Part shown: piece after piece, positions 38,721-47,317 of the stretch
How the letters are laid out: each line of letters starts with the position of its first letter
Position numbering within the stretch: the first letter of the stretch is position 1
Assembly: GCA_046313635.1 (NCBI GenBank)
Contig: JBKBYA010000001.1
Span: 927,481 to 991,480 of the forward strand
From: Pyrinomonadaceae bacterium
GTDB lineage: Bacteria > Acidobacteriota > Blastocatellia > Pyrinomonadales > Pyrinomonadaceae
DNA length: 64,000 nucleotides
Reading direction: 5' to 3'
Made by a program: the position numbers and the translations under genes
Notes under the pieces: model-generated
Seen by the model: the letters and a program-made list of their open reading frames with translations, nothing else
Database searches by the model: none
What the model was told of the DNA's origin: nothing

Positions 38721-39278
38721 ATGGAAACCGGTGGAGCTGAATTTTCACGTAAGTACGTATCGCATTACGGTCTGCGCACGCGGCGGCAGCCCGAGCTTGT
38801 CGAGTGGTACAAGACCTTTCTAGAGGCGCGGGTCGAGTACGATATGGGCTTTGGCGCCTTTTTGTCGTTCGACGACGAGCACCACCGTCTCGTGATCTTC
38901 ACGACAGACGACACGGTAGAAAAGGCCGACACCGCCGCCGGCGTCGAACATATCGGGATCGGGCTGCCGAGCTTTGCCGCGCTGGCCGACGAGTACGAGC
39001 GGCTCAAGGCCCGCGGCATTTTGCCGAGCCTGCCCGTCAACCATGGATTTACGACGTCGCTCTACTATCGCGATCCCGACGGCAACGAGATCGAGTTGAC
39101 GGTTGACAACTTCGCGACAAAACAAGCTTGCCGCGAATGGATGCACGGCGACAAGATGGCCGCCGCAATGACGCCGCCCAACTTCGGCGACGTCTTTGAT
39201 CCCGAAGAGATGGTCCGTCTCGTCCGCGCCGGTGCCTCGCAGGACGAACTCGCGCGCCTCGGTCAGCCCTCCTTATGA
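38721..39278 (+). CDS. VOC (glyoxalase/extradiol dioxygenase) family protein
   Basis: SHYGL, DEHHR, GVEHIG, VNHG..TSLYYRDPDGNEIEL. Confidence 0.85.
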   Translation: METGGAEFSRKYVSHYGLRTRRQPELVEWYKTFLEARVEYDMGFGAFLSFDDEHHRLVIFTTDDTVEKADTAAGVEHIGIGLPSFAALADEYERLKARGILPSLPVNHGFTTSLYYRDPDGNEIELTVDNFATKQACREWMHGDKMAAAMTPPNFGDVFDPEEMVRLVRAGASQDELARLGQPSL

Positions 39279-40084
39279 TCTACGTCGACCGAGCGCTGTC
39301 GCAAAAGCTCGAACGCACAGAGGCACGTTCGAATGCCGATTTTGTCGAGACGCGCGCTCGCCTCGAGCCCGAGAGCGGAGCGGCGTGGAAAGAGGTCGGC
39401 GGGGCCTACGCGATGTTTGACGGCGTCGCCTCGCCGCTGACGCAGACATTCGGGCTCGGCATCTTTGACGACGCGACCGACGCTCATCTTGACGAGATCG
39501 AGGCTTTTTACAGCGATCGCGGTTCTGACGTTTTTCATGAGGTGAGCCCGCTGGCCGAGCAGTCGATGCTCTTCCTGCTCGCCGGCCGCGGCTACCGCCC
39601 GATCGAACTGACGAGTGTGATGTTCCTCGACCTTTCGCGATATGCAGCGCCGCCGCTCAATCCGGCGATCGCGACCCGCATGATCGACGAGAGCGAGGCC
39701 GGCCTCTGGTCGGAGACGGCCGCCGCCGGATGGCAGGACGAGCAGCCTCAGTTAGTCGACTTTTTGCGCGGGATCGGCGAGGTGTCGGCACGCACACGGG
39801 GCGGCAGGCCCTTTATCGCGGAGCTCGACGGTCGGCCGATCGCCGCGGCCGGGCTGCAGGTCTATGACGATGTCTGCATTCTCGCCGGAGCCTCGACGCT
39901 CCCCGACTCTCGCCGACGCGGCGCGCAGAACGCTCTGCTGGCCGCGCGCATTCGCTGCGCGCAAGAGCTCGGCTGCACCCTTGCAATGATGTGCGCTCTG
40001 CCCGGCAGCCAGTCGCAAAAGAACGCGCAAAAGAACGGCTTTCTGATCGCGTACACTCGCATCAAGTGGATGCTCGGCCGGTAG
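39275..40084 (+). CDS. GNAT family acetyltransferase
   Basis: ASTLPDSRRRGAQNALL motif A, SQKNAQKNGF motif B. Confidence 0.85.
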   Translation: MIYVDRALSQKLERTEARSNADFVETRARLEPESGAAWKEVGGAYAMFDGVASPLTQTFGLGIFDDATDAHLDEIEAFYSDRGSDVFHEVSPLAEQSMLFLLAGRGYRPIELTSVMFLDLSRYAAPPLNPAIATRMIDESEAGLWSETAAAGWQDEQPQLVDFLRGIGEVSARTRGGRPFIAELDGRPIAAAGLQVYDDVCILAGASTLPDSRRRGAQNALLAARIRCAQELGCTLAMMCALPGSQSQKNAQKNGFLIAYTRIKWMLGR

Positions 40085-40176
40085 CTCGCCGGCTTTTTTC
40101 ACTTTTCGAAATCTGTCCCCAGTGCATATCATTCTCAGAGTCGCAGTTTGACGATCTCACTCAGACGGGAGATTTG

Positions 40177-41694
40177 ATGGACCACGAAAACGAGATCATC
40201 CGCCACGCGGACGGCCGCGTCGAGCTTCGCGACGAAGCGCTTCGCGAGATCGCGGCCTCGCCGCTTTATAACCGCGACCTCGCGCCGGTACCGGTCAGCG
40301 AACGCAATTGGACGACATACAACTACGCCGCGCTCTGGATCTCGATGGCGCACTGCATACCGACGTACATGCTCGCGTCGGGGCTGATCACGGCGGGCAT
40401 GAACTGGTGGCAGGCTCTCGTCACCATCCTGCTCGGCAACACGATCGTGCTCGTGCCGATACTGCTCAACTCGCATCCGGGGACGAAGTACGGCATTCCG
40501 TTCCCGGTCTTTGCCCGCGCGAGCTACGGCGTCGTGGGCTCGAATCTGCCGGCGCTGATGCGCGCGATCGTGGCGTGCGGCTGGTTCGGCATTCAGGCGT
40601 GGATCGGCGGGCAGGCGCTGCAGACGTTCTTCGGCTCGATCATTCCGGGATGGCAGACGATGCTCGGCGGGCCGATCGGCGGTCACACGCCGACCGAGTG
40701 GCTGTCGTTCATGCTCTTTTGGGGGATGAACATCTTCATCATTTATCGCGGGATGGACCTGCTCCGTCACGTCGAGAATTGGGCCGCTCCGTTCGTGCTC
40801 GTGATGACGGCGGTGCTGCTCGTCTGGATAGTTTACGAGGCCGGCGGGCCGGGCTTTTTGCTGCACGAGCCGGACAGGTTTGCGAGCGTGGGCGAGTTTT
40901 GGAAGATCTTTGTCCCGTCGCTCACGGCGATGATCGGCTTCTGGGCGACGCTCTCGCTGAACATGCCCGACTTCACACGCTTCGGCAAGAGCCAGCGCGA
41001 GCAGGCGATCGGGCAGACGGTCGCGCTGCCGACGACGATGACGGTCTTTGCGGCGATGGGCATCGTCATCACTTCGGCGGCGACGATCGTCTTTCCGCAT
41101 ATGCGTCACGAGGACCTTTGGGACCCGGTCAAGCTCGTCGGGCAATTCACGCAGCCCCTGGTCGTCGCGGTGTCGATGTTCACGGTCGTCGTCGCGACGC
41201 TCGCGGTCAACATCGCCGCCAACGTCGTGAGCCCCGCGAACGACTTTGCCAACGCGTTTCCAAAGTACATCTCGTTCCGCACCGGCGGTCTCATCACCGG
41301 CATCATCGGCATTCTCATCCAGCCGTGGCGCTTGCTCGCCGACCCGAGCGGCTACATCTTTGGCTGGCTCGTCGGCTACTCGGGCGGTCTCGGCTCGATC
41401 GCCGGCGTGCTGATCGCCGACTACTGGATCGTGCGGAGAAAGGAGCTCGTTCTCGGCGATCTATACCGCAGCCGCGGCAGCTACGCGGGGTGGAATTGGC
41501 GTGCGGTCGCGGCGACCGCTTTAGGTTGCTTTTTCGCTTGGATAGGACTGATAATTCCAACACTTCGGCCCCTGTACGACTACGGCTGGTTCATCGGATT
41601 TGGCGTCGCGTTCGCGGTGTATTGGGCGTTGATGAAGATCGGCCGCGATGAGGCCTCGCGGGAGCGGGCGGTCGACGGCGGTCAGGTTGTTTGA
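40177..41694 (+). CDS. NCS1 nucleobase:cation symporter
   Basis: NRDLAP, YGIPFPV..RAS, ACGWFGIQ, NMPDFTRF, NIAANVVSP; GGGAG RBS. Confidence 0.92.
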   Translation: MDHENEIIRHADGRVELRDEALREIAASPLYNRDLAPVPVSERNWTTYNYAALWISMAHCIPTYMLASGLITAGMNWWQALVTILLGNTIVLVPILLNSHPGTKYGIPFPVFARASYGVVGSNLPALMRAIVACGWFGIQAWIGGQALQTFFGSIIPGWQTMLGGPIGGHTPTEWLSFMLFWGMNIFIIYRGMDLLRHVENWAAPFVLVMTAVLLVWIVYEAGGPGFLLHEPDRFASVGEFWKIFVPSLTAMIGFWATLSLNMPDFTRFGKSQREQAIGQTVALPTTMTVFAAMGIVITSAATIVFPHMRHEDLWDPVKLVGQFTQPLVVAVSMFTVVVATLAVNIAANVVSPANDFANAFPKYISFRTGGLITGIIGILIQPWRLLADPSGYIFGWLVGYSGGLGSIAGVLIADYWIVRRKELVLGDLYRSRGSYAGWNWRAVAATALGCFFAWIGLIIPTLRPLYDYGWFIGFGVAFAVYWALMKIGRDEASRERAVDGGQVV

Positions 41695-41730
41695 TCAGGG
41701 AAAAAGCGAGTTACTCGCGGTGGCCGCTGC

Positions 41731-41892
41731 GGCTTTGCCGCCCTATTTGCGGAAAAGCTCGGCTTTTCCGAAAGGAGCGCACTCGACCTCATCGAGGCTG
41801 TGCCTCAGCTTCTCGCTCGGCGGCGCGGCCGCAAGAACTTAACAAGACAGAACGGAAAAGCAGAGCTTTTCGGCAAATAAACGGGCAGAGCC
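41731..41892. repeat. REP doublet / MITE-like element with 40-bp imperfect inverted ends
   Basis: 41731-41770 versus reverse complement of 41853-41892 match 33/40; each end carries an internal GAAAAGC-nnn-GCTTTTC hairpin. Confidence 0.8.
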
Positions 41893-41921
41893 CGCGCAGG
41901 TTTTTTTATCGGGAGATCGTT

Positions 41922-43403
41922 ATGAGCAGTGCTGCGACCGGTGAGATGAAGTACGGCAAGGTCCGGAATTATTATGGCGGCGGATTTGTCGACAGCTCCG
42001 CCAGCGAATGGCTCGACGTGACGTCGCCGCTCGACGGCTCGCTGCTCTCGCAGGTGCCGATGTCGACGCGTGAGGAGCTGGACGCCGCGGTCGAGTCGGC
42101 CTCGGCGGCCTTTGCCGGCTGGAGCGCGACGCCGATCAAGGAACGCGTCCAGGTCTTTTTTCGCTATCGATACCTGCTCGAAAAATATTCCGAAGAGCTC
42201 ACCGCGCTCATTTCCGAAGAGAACGGCAAGACGCTCGAGGAGGCGCGGGCCGAGGTCGACAAGAGCATCGAGCTCACCGAATTTGCATGCTCGATACCGC
42301 AGCTCGTCGCGGGCGAGATCCTCGAAGTTTCGAAAGGCGTCGAGTGCCGCGTCGAGCACTTTCCGCTCGGCGTCGTCGCGTCGATCGTGCCCTTCAACTT
42401 TCCGCTGATGGTGCCGAACTGGACGATGCCGAACGCGCTCGTGCTCGGCAACACGATGATAATGAAGCCGTCCGAGCTCGTGCCGTTATCGGTTCAGCGA
42501 ATGGCGGAGATACTCAAAGAGGCCGGCCTGCCCGACGGTGTCTTTAACGTCGTCAACGGCGGCCGCGAGGTCGTCGAAGGCATCTGCGATCACGGCGGGA
42601 TCGAGGCCGTCAGCTTTGTCGGCTCGACCAATGTCGCAAAGATCGTTTACAAACGCGCGACCTCGAGTCTTAAACGCTGCGTCGCTCTCGGCGGCGCGAA
42701 GAATCACCTTTTTGTTCTGCCGGACGCAAACGTCTCGATGACGGCCTCGAATGTCGCCGCGTCGATGACCGGCTGCGCGGGCCAACGCTGCATGGCCGCC
42801 TCCGCGATGCTCGCCGTCGGCAGCGTCGACCCGATCATCGATCAGATCTGCGAAGAGGCGAGAAAGATCGTCCCCGGCAAAAACCTCGGCGCGGTCATCT
42901 CGCAGGCCGCAAAAGAGCGGATCGAGAATTACATAACCGAGGCCGAAAAGGCCGGGGCAAAGATCCTCGTCGACGGCCGCGGCGCGACCGTCGAGGGCAA
43001 AGAGAAGGGGACGTACGTCGGCCCGACCGTGATCGACCACGTCACGCCCGATATGGCCGTCGCCCGCGAAGAGATCTTTGGCCCGGTCATCTCGATCATC
43101 CGGACGAGCACGCTCGACGAGGCGATCGCGATCGAGAACAACAATCCGTACGGCAACGCCGCCGCGGTATTTACGCAGAGCGGCGGCCTCGCACGCCAAG
43201 TGATGGAACGCGCGAGCGCCGGGATGATCGGCGTCAACATCGGCGTGCCCGTACCGCGCGAGCCGTTCAGCTTTGGCGGCTGGAACGAGTCGCGCTTCGG
43301 CGCAAACGATATCACCGGCCGCAGCTCGATCGAATTCTGGACGCGCCTCAAAAAGACCACCACCAAATGGAACCCGGAGTCGCGAACGAATTGGATGTCT
43401 TAG
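41922..43403 (+). CDS. mmsA: CoA-acylating (methyl)malonate-semialdehyde dehydrogenase
   Basis: PFNFP, SFVGST, GGAKNH, GCAGQRCMA, EEIFGPV, GVNIGVPVP; start MSSAAT with GGGAG RBS. Confidence 0.92.
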   Translation: MSSAATGEMKYGKVRNYYGGGFVDSSASEWLDVTSPLDGSLLSQVPMSTREELDAAVESASAAFAGWSATPIKERVQVFFRYRYLLEKYSEELTALISEENGKTLEEARAEVDKSIELTEFACSIPQLVAGEILEVSKGVECRVEHFPLGVVASIVPFNFPLMVPNWTMPNALVLGNTMIMKPSELVPLSVQRMAEILKEAGLPDGVFNVVNGGREVVEGICDHGGIEAVSFVGSTNVAKIVYKRATSSLKRCVALGGAKNHLFVLPDANVSMTASNVAASMTGCAGQRCMAASAMLAVGSVDPIIDQICEEARKIVPGKNLGAVISQAAKERIENYITEAEKAGAKILVDGRGATVEGKEKGTYVGPTVIDHVTPDMAVAREEIFGPVISIIRTSTLDEAIAIENNNPYGNAAAVFTQSGGLARQVMERASAGMIGVNIGVPVPREPFSFGGWNESRFGANDITGRSSIEFWTRLKKTTTKWNPESRTNWMS

Positions 43404-43412
43404 AGATTAGTT

Positions 43413-43945
43413 TTTGCCGCTGATTAACGCCGATCGCGCGGATAAGAAGGATAAGAAGAAGACCGATGTGAGTTATGGATACCGGCTTGTTACATCGCGA
43501 ATTGACGGACAGGATCATTGGTGTCTTTTACGATGTTTACAATGAGCTTGGATTTGGCTTTCTTGAATCTGTTTACGAAGATGCGATGGAGTTGGCGCTG
43601 GTCGATGCGGGTATGACAGTGGTGAGGCAAGCTCCGATACCGGTTTGGTTTCGCGGCCGGCCGCTCAGTACTTTTGAGGCCGATCTGATAGTGAGTGATT
43701 CGATCATTATCGAGCTGAAGGCGGCAAGCCAATTAGCTGAGATTCACGTCGCCCAGTTGATGCATTATCTCCGTGCGACAGAGATCGAAGTTGGACTGTT
43801 GATGAACTTCGGGCCAAAACCGGAATTCAAAAGGCGTGTTTTTGAGAACAGCCGAAAGCGGTTCGCAAAGCCCGCAAACTCACTGATTGAGAATCTACTA
43901 ACCTGATCTTTCTGATCCGCGCGATCTGCGACGATCCGCGGCAAA
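43413..43945. mobile_element. Inverted-repeat-bounded GxxExxY cassette 1 (putative)
   Basis: Left arm 43413-43452 and right arm 43906-43945 are reverse complements at 33/40 positions; interior visibly AT-richer. Confidence 0.55.
43475..43906 (+). CDS. GxxExxY protein (PD-(D/E)xK nuclease-like)
   Basis: GFLESVY; ADLIV..IIIELKA; AQL..YL.AT..VGLL.NFG. Confidence 0.9.
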   Translation: MDTGLLHRELTDRIIGVFYDVYNELGFGFLESVYEDAMELALVDAGMTVVRQAPIPVWFRGRPLSTFEADLIVSDSIIIELKAASQLAEIHVAQLMHYLRATEIEVGLLMNFGPKPEFKRRVFENSRKRFAKPANSLIENLLT

Positions 43946-43963
43946 CAAAATTGATTCAAAAAT

Positions 43964-44833
43964 ATGTCACGAGTCATCAAATGCGGCCTTATTCAGGCTC
44001 ACAACATCGCTCCCGTCGAGATGCCGATCGAGGAGATCAAGCGGCAGAATATTGAGCACCAGATGCAGTTCGTCGAGCAGGCGGCCGAACAGGGCGTGCA
44101 GATGCTCTGCTTTCAGGAGATCTTTACGACGCCGTACTTCTGCGCCGAACAGCAGACCCGCTGGTACGAGGCCGTCGAACGCGTGCCTGACGGCCCAACC
44201 GTCAAGCTGATGCAGGACGTCGCGAGAGAGCACGGAATGGTACTCGTCGTGCCGATCTACGAAGAGGAGCAGACCGGCGTCTATTACAACACCGCCGCCG
44301 TGATCGACGCCGACGGCAAGTATCTCGGCAAGTATCGCAAGACGCACATCCCGCACGTCGCGCCGGGATTTTGGGAAAAGTTCTACTTTCGTCCGGGCAA
44401 TCTCGGCTACCCGACCTTCGAGACGGCCTTTGCGCGGATCGGCGTTTATATCTGCTACGACCGGCACTTTCCCGAGGGAGCACGCTGCCTCGGTCTCAAC
44501 GGCGCGGAGATCATCTTTAATCCGTCGGCGACAGTCGCCGGTCTCAGCGAATATCTCTGGAAGCTCGAGCAGCCGGCCCACGCGGTCGCGAACGGGTACT
44601 TTGTCGGAGCGATCAATCGTGTCGGCACCGAGGCGCCGTGGAATATCGGCGAGTTTTACGGCCAGAGCTACTTCTGCGATCCGCGCGGCCAGATGCTCGC
44701 CGTCGGCACGCGCGATCAGGACGAACTGATCGTTGCCGACCTCGACATGGGCAAGATCCGCGAGGTGCGAAACACATGGCAGTTCTACCGCGACCGCCGG
44801 CCCGACCTCTACGGCCCGATCGTCGCGGATTGA
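43964..44833 (+). CDS. Nitrilase-family beta-ureidopropionase
   Basis: Glu-Lys-Cys triad (FQEIF, YRKTHIP, ICYDRHFPE), FWEKFYF, NPSAT, WQFYRDRRP; operon context. Confidence 0.88.
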   Translation: MSRVIKCGLIQAHNIAPVEMPIEEIKRQNIEHQMQFVEQAAEQGVQMLCFQEIFTTPYFCAEQQTRWYEAVERVPDGPTVKLMQDVAREHGMVLVVPIYEEEQTGVYYNTAAVIDADGKYLGKYRKTHIPHVAPGFWEKFYFRPGNLGYPTFETAFARIGVYICYDRHFPEGARCLGLNGAEIIFNPSATVAGLSEYLWKLEQPAHAVANGYFVGAINRVGTEAPWNIGEFYGQSYFCDPRGQMLAVGTRDQDELIVADLDMGKIREVRNTWQFYRDRRPDLYGPIVAD

Positions 44834-44844
44834 TCGAAAACAAA

Positions 44845-45231
44845 ATGAAAGAGCGTCGCCGCTGTTCGTCCGGAACAAAGTGGGAGCCGATCGTCGGTTA
44901 CTCACGCGCGGTGCGCGTCGGCGATCGCATCTACGTCACCGGTACCACCGCGACCGATCAAAGCGGCGAGATCGTCGGCGTCGACGACGCATACGCGCAG
45001 ACCGTGCAGACGATCAGGAATATCGAACGTGCATTGTCGGCACTCGATGCCTCGCTCGAGTCGATCGTCCGCACGCGGATGTTCGTCACAGACATTTCTC
45101 GATGGGAAGAGTACGGCCGAGCGCACGGCGAGTTCTTTCGCGAGATAAAGCCCGCGACGACGATGGTCGAAGTTTCAAAGCTCATCGATCCTCGCATGCT
45201 GATCGAGATCGAGGCCGACGCCGAGATCTGA
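44845..45231 (+). CDS. RidA/YjgF family protein
   Basis: WE..VGYSRAVRVG, IVRTRMFV, PATTMVEV..LI.P.MLIEIEA. Confidence 0.9.
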   Translation: MKERRRCSSGTKWEPIVGYSRAVRVGDRIYVTGTTATDQSGEIVGVDDAYAQTVQTIRNIERALSALDASLESIVRTRMFVTDISRWEEYGRAHGEFFREIKPATTMVEVSKLIDPRMLIEIEADAEI

Positions 45232-45237
45232 TCGACG

Positions 45238-45274
45238 CTAATTAATAATTATTGAATTAGTAATTAGTAATTAA
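45238..45274. repeat. Short AT-rich inverted heptamer array
   Basis: ctaatta ataatta ttg aattagt aattagt aattaa. Confidence 0.55.
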
Positions 45275-45285
45275 CCCACGGATAA

Positions 45286-46746
45286 ATGACACAAGATTTC
45301 CGCACACCGCTGGACAGGGAAGTGATCGAGTGCAACTTTGCCGAGCTGCACCCGCCGCTCACACCGGCCGAAGCGACGCACGAGGCGAATCGGTGCCTCT
45401 ACTGCTACGACGCGCCGTGCATGCACGCATGCCCGACGCACATCGACATTCCCGGCTTCATCAAAAAGATCGCGAGCGGCAATCTGACGGGCTCGGCCCG
45501 TGTGATATTTGACGCCAACCCCATCGGCGCGACATGCGCACGCGTGTGTCCGGTCGAGGCGTTGTGCGAAGGCGCGTGCGTCGAAAAGACTCTGCTCCGC
45601 AAGCCGATCGAGATCGGCCGCCTGCAGCGTTACGCGACAGATCACGTGCTGTCGAGCGGCAAGCAGCTTTTTGAAAAAGGCGAACCGAACGGCAAGTCCG
45701 TCGGCATCGTTGGCTCGGGCCCGGCCGGGCTCTCGTGCGCGACATACCTTGCACGGCTCGGCTACGACGTGACCGTTTATGATCGACGACCGATGGCCGG
45801 CGGCCTCGATACGTACGGGATGGCCGAGTACAAGATGACGCAGGCGGTCTCGCAGGCAGAGGTCGATCAGGTCGCGCGGCTCGGCGTGAAGTTCGTCCTC
45901 AACACCGAGATAGGCGAAAAGTCAGAACCACCCGCGTCAGCGTGCGGGCCGTCGCAGGCAACCGGACATCACGATGCGGAACTCGACGCGCCAGTCCAAA
46001 CCGTCGCCTTCGCCGATCTCAAAGAATGGCATGACGCTGTATTCATCGGCGTCGGGCTCGGCGCTACCAACAAGCTCAACATTCCCGGCGAAGACCTCGA
46101 CGGCGTCTATGATGCACTGCACTTCATCGAGCAGGTCAAAACGCGTGAATGGGAAAAGGTGCCGCTCGGCCGCACGGTCGCGGTGATCGGCGCGGGCAAC
46201 ACCGCGATCGACGCCGTCACGCAGGCAAAGCGCCTCGGCGCCGAAAAAGCGATACTCGTCTACCGCCGCGGCGAAAAGGACATTCCCGCCTACGACTACG
46301 AGTACGAGCTCGCCAAGCACGACGGCATCGAATTCATCTGGCACGCCGCCCCGATCGGCATCTTGTCGGAGAATGACGACGGCCGCGTTTCGTCGCTTCG
46401 GTGCGAGCGAACCGACGGCTCGCTGCAGATCTTCGAGGTGCCGTGCGACATGGTCATCAAGGCGATCGGCCAGACAAAGATGTCGTGGTTCTTTTCATCA
46501 GTCGCGGGCGTCGCGGTGGACCGAGCCGGCCGTGTGATCGTCAACGATCTGATGCAGACATCGGATGCAAAAGTCTTCGCCGGCGGCGACTGCGTCAATG
46601 GCGGCGGCGAAGCGGTCGAGGCCGCGCAGATGGGCAAGCTCGCGGCGATGGGCATTCACCGTTCGCTGACCGGACAGACGACGGAGTTCGCCGGGACAGT
46701 GCTGCGCGGCTCGTTAACGGGTCGCAGCGGCCCCGGTGATCTTTGA
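45286..46746 (+). CDS. preT: Dihydropyrimidine dehydrogenase subunit PreT (GltD-like)
   Basis: RCLYCYDAPC..ACP, CARVCP, GSGPAG, GAGNTAID, FAGGD; upstream of preA. Confidence 0.9.
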   Translation: MTQDFRTPLDREVIECNFAELHPPLTPAEATHEANRCLYCYDAPCMHACPTHIDIPGFIKKIASGNLTGSARVIFDANPIGATCARVCPVEALCEGACVEKTLLRKPIEIGRLQRYATDHVLSSGKQLFEKGEPNGKSVGIVGSGPAGLSCATYLARLGYDVTVYDRRPMAGGLDTYGMAEYKMTQAVSQAEVDQVARLGVKFVLNTEIGEKSEPPASACGPSQATGHHDAELDAPVQTVAFADLKEWHDAVFIGVGLGATNKLNIPGEDLDGVYDALHFIEQVKTREWEKVPLGRTVAVIGAGNTAIDAVTQAKRLGAEKAILVYRRGEKDIPAYDYEYELAKHDGIEFIWHAAPIGILSENDDGRVSSLRCERTDGSLQIFEVPCDMVIKAIGQTKMSWFFSSVAGVAVDRAGRVIVNDLMQTSDAKVFAGGDCVNGGGEAVEAAQMGKLAAMGIHRSLTGQTTEFAGTVLRGSLTGRSGPGDL

Positions 46747-46764
46747 CCTTTTTCGCACTCCGAC

Positions 46765-47294
46765 GTGATCGACCCCAGATGATGCCGATGACTCAGATTT
46801 CGCAATGCAGGGGTCTTTAACTATGGACGACTTGAAAACCAATGAACAGTTTCGTCACAGCGATCTCACCAGGGACATCATCGGTACGTTTTACGAGGTC
46901 TATAACGAGCTCGGCCACGGCTTTATCGAATCTGTATATGAGAATGCGCTTTGCATCACCCTGCGAAAGAAGGGGTTGGAGGTGCATCAGCAGGGCGCGG
47001 TGCCTGTTTGGTTCCGTGGGCAAAAGGTTGGTGATTTCGATGCGGACGTAATGGTCAATCGCCTCGTACTACTCGAACTCAAGGTCGCGCGCACGATCGA
47101 ACAAGCTCACATCGCGCAACTTTTGAATTACCTGAAAGCGACACCGATCGAAGTCGGGCTGCTGCTGAATTTCGGTCCAAGGCCCGAGTTCAAACGCGTA
47201 GTATTTGGGAATGACCGAAAGTCCGGCGAGCCAAAGGAACCTTCGGCAGATCCGTTCTTATCTGCGCTCTCCGCGTGATCCGCGGTTCGATCAC
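46765..47294. mobile_element. Inverted-repeat-bounded GxxExxY cassette 2 (putative)
   Basis: 46765-46798 versus reverse complement of 47260-47294 align at ~25/35 with a perfect outer GTGATCGA/TCGATCAC. Confidence 0.5.
46823..47278 (+). CDS. GxxExxY protein (second, diverged paralog)
   Basis: GFIESVY; ADVMV..VLLELKV; VGLLLNFG; start may be 46805. Confidence 0.9.
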   Translation: MDDLKTNEQFRHSDLTRDIIGTFYEVYNELGHGFIESVYENALCITLRKKGLEVHQQGAVPVWFRGQKVGDFDADVMVNRLVLLELKVARTIEQAHIAQLLNYLKATPIEVGLLLNFGPRPEFKRVVFGNDRKSGEPKEPSADPFLSALSA

Positions 47295-47317
47295 CGGAGC
47301 AAGAATTCATTTCGAAT

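Noticed and set aside
41691..41921. 77-aa N-terminal extension of MmsA
   Set aside because: It is the translated REP/MITE-like element; RBS and family start are at 41922
45286..46746. Glutamate synthase small subunit (gltD)
   Set aside because: No gltB; context with preA and hydA indicates PreT
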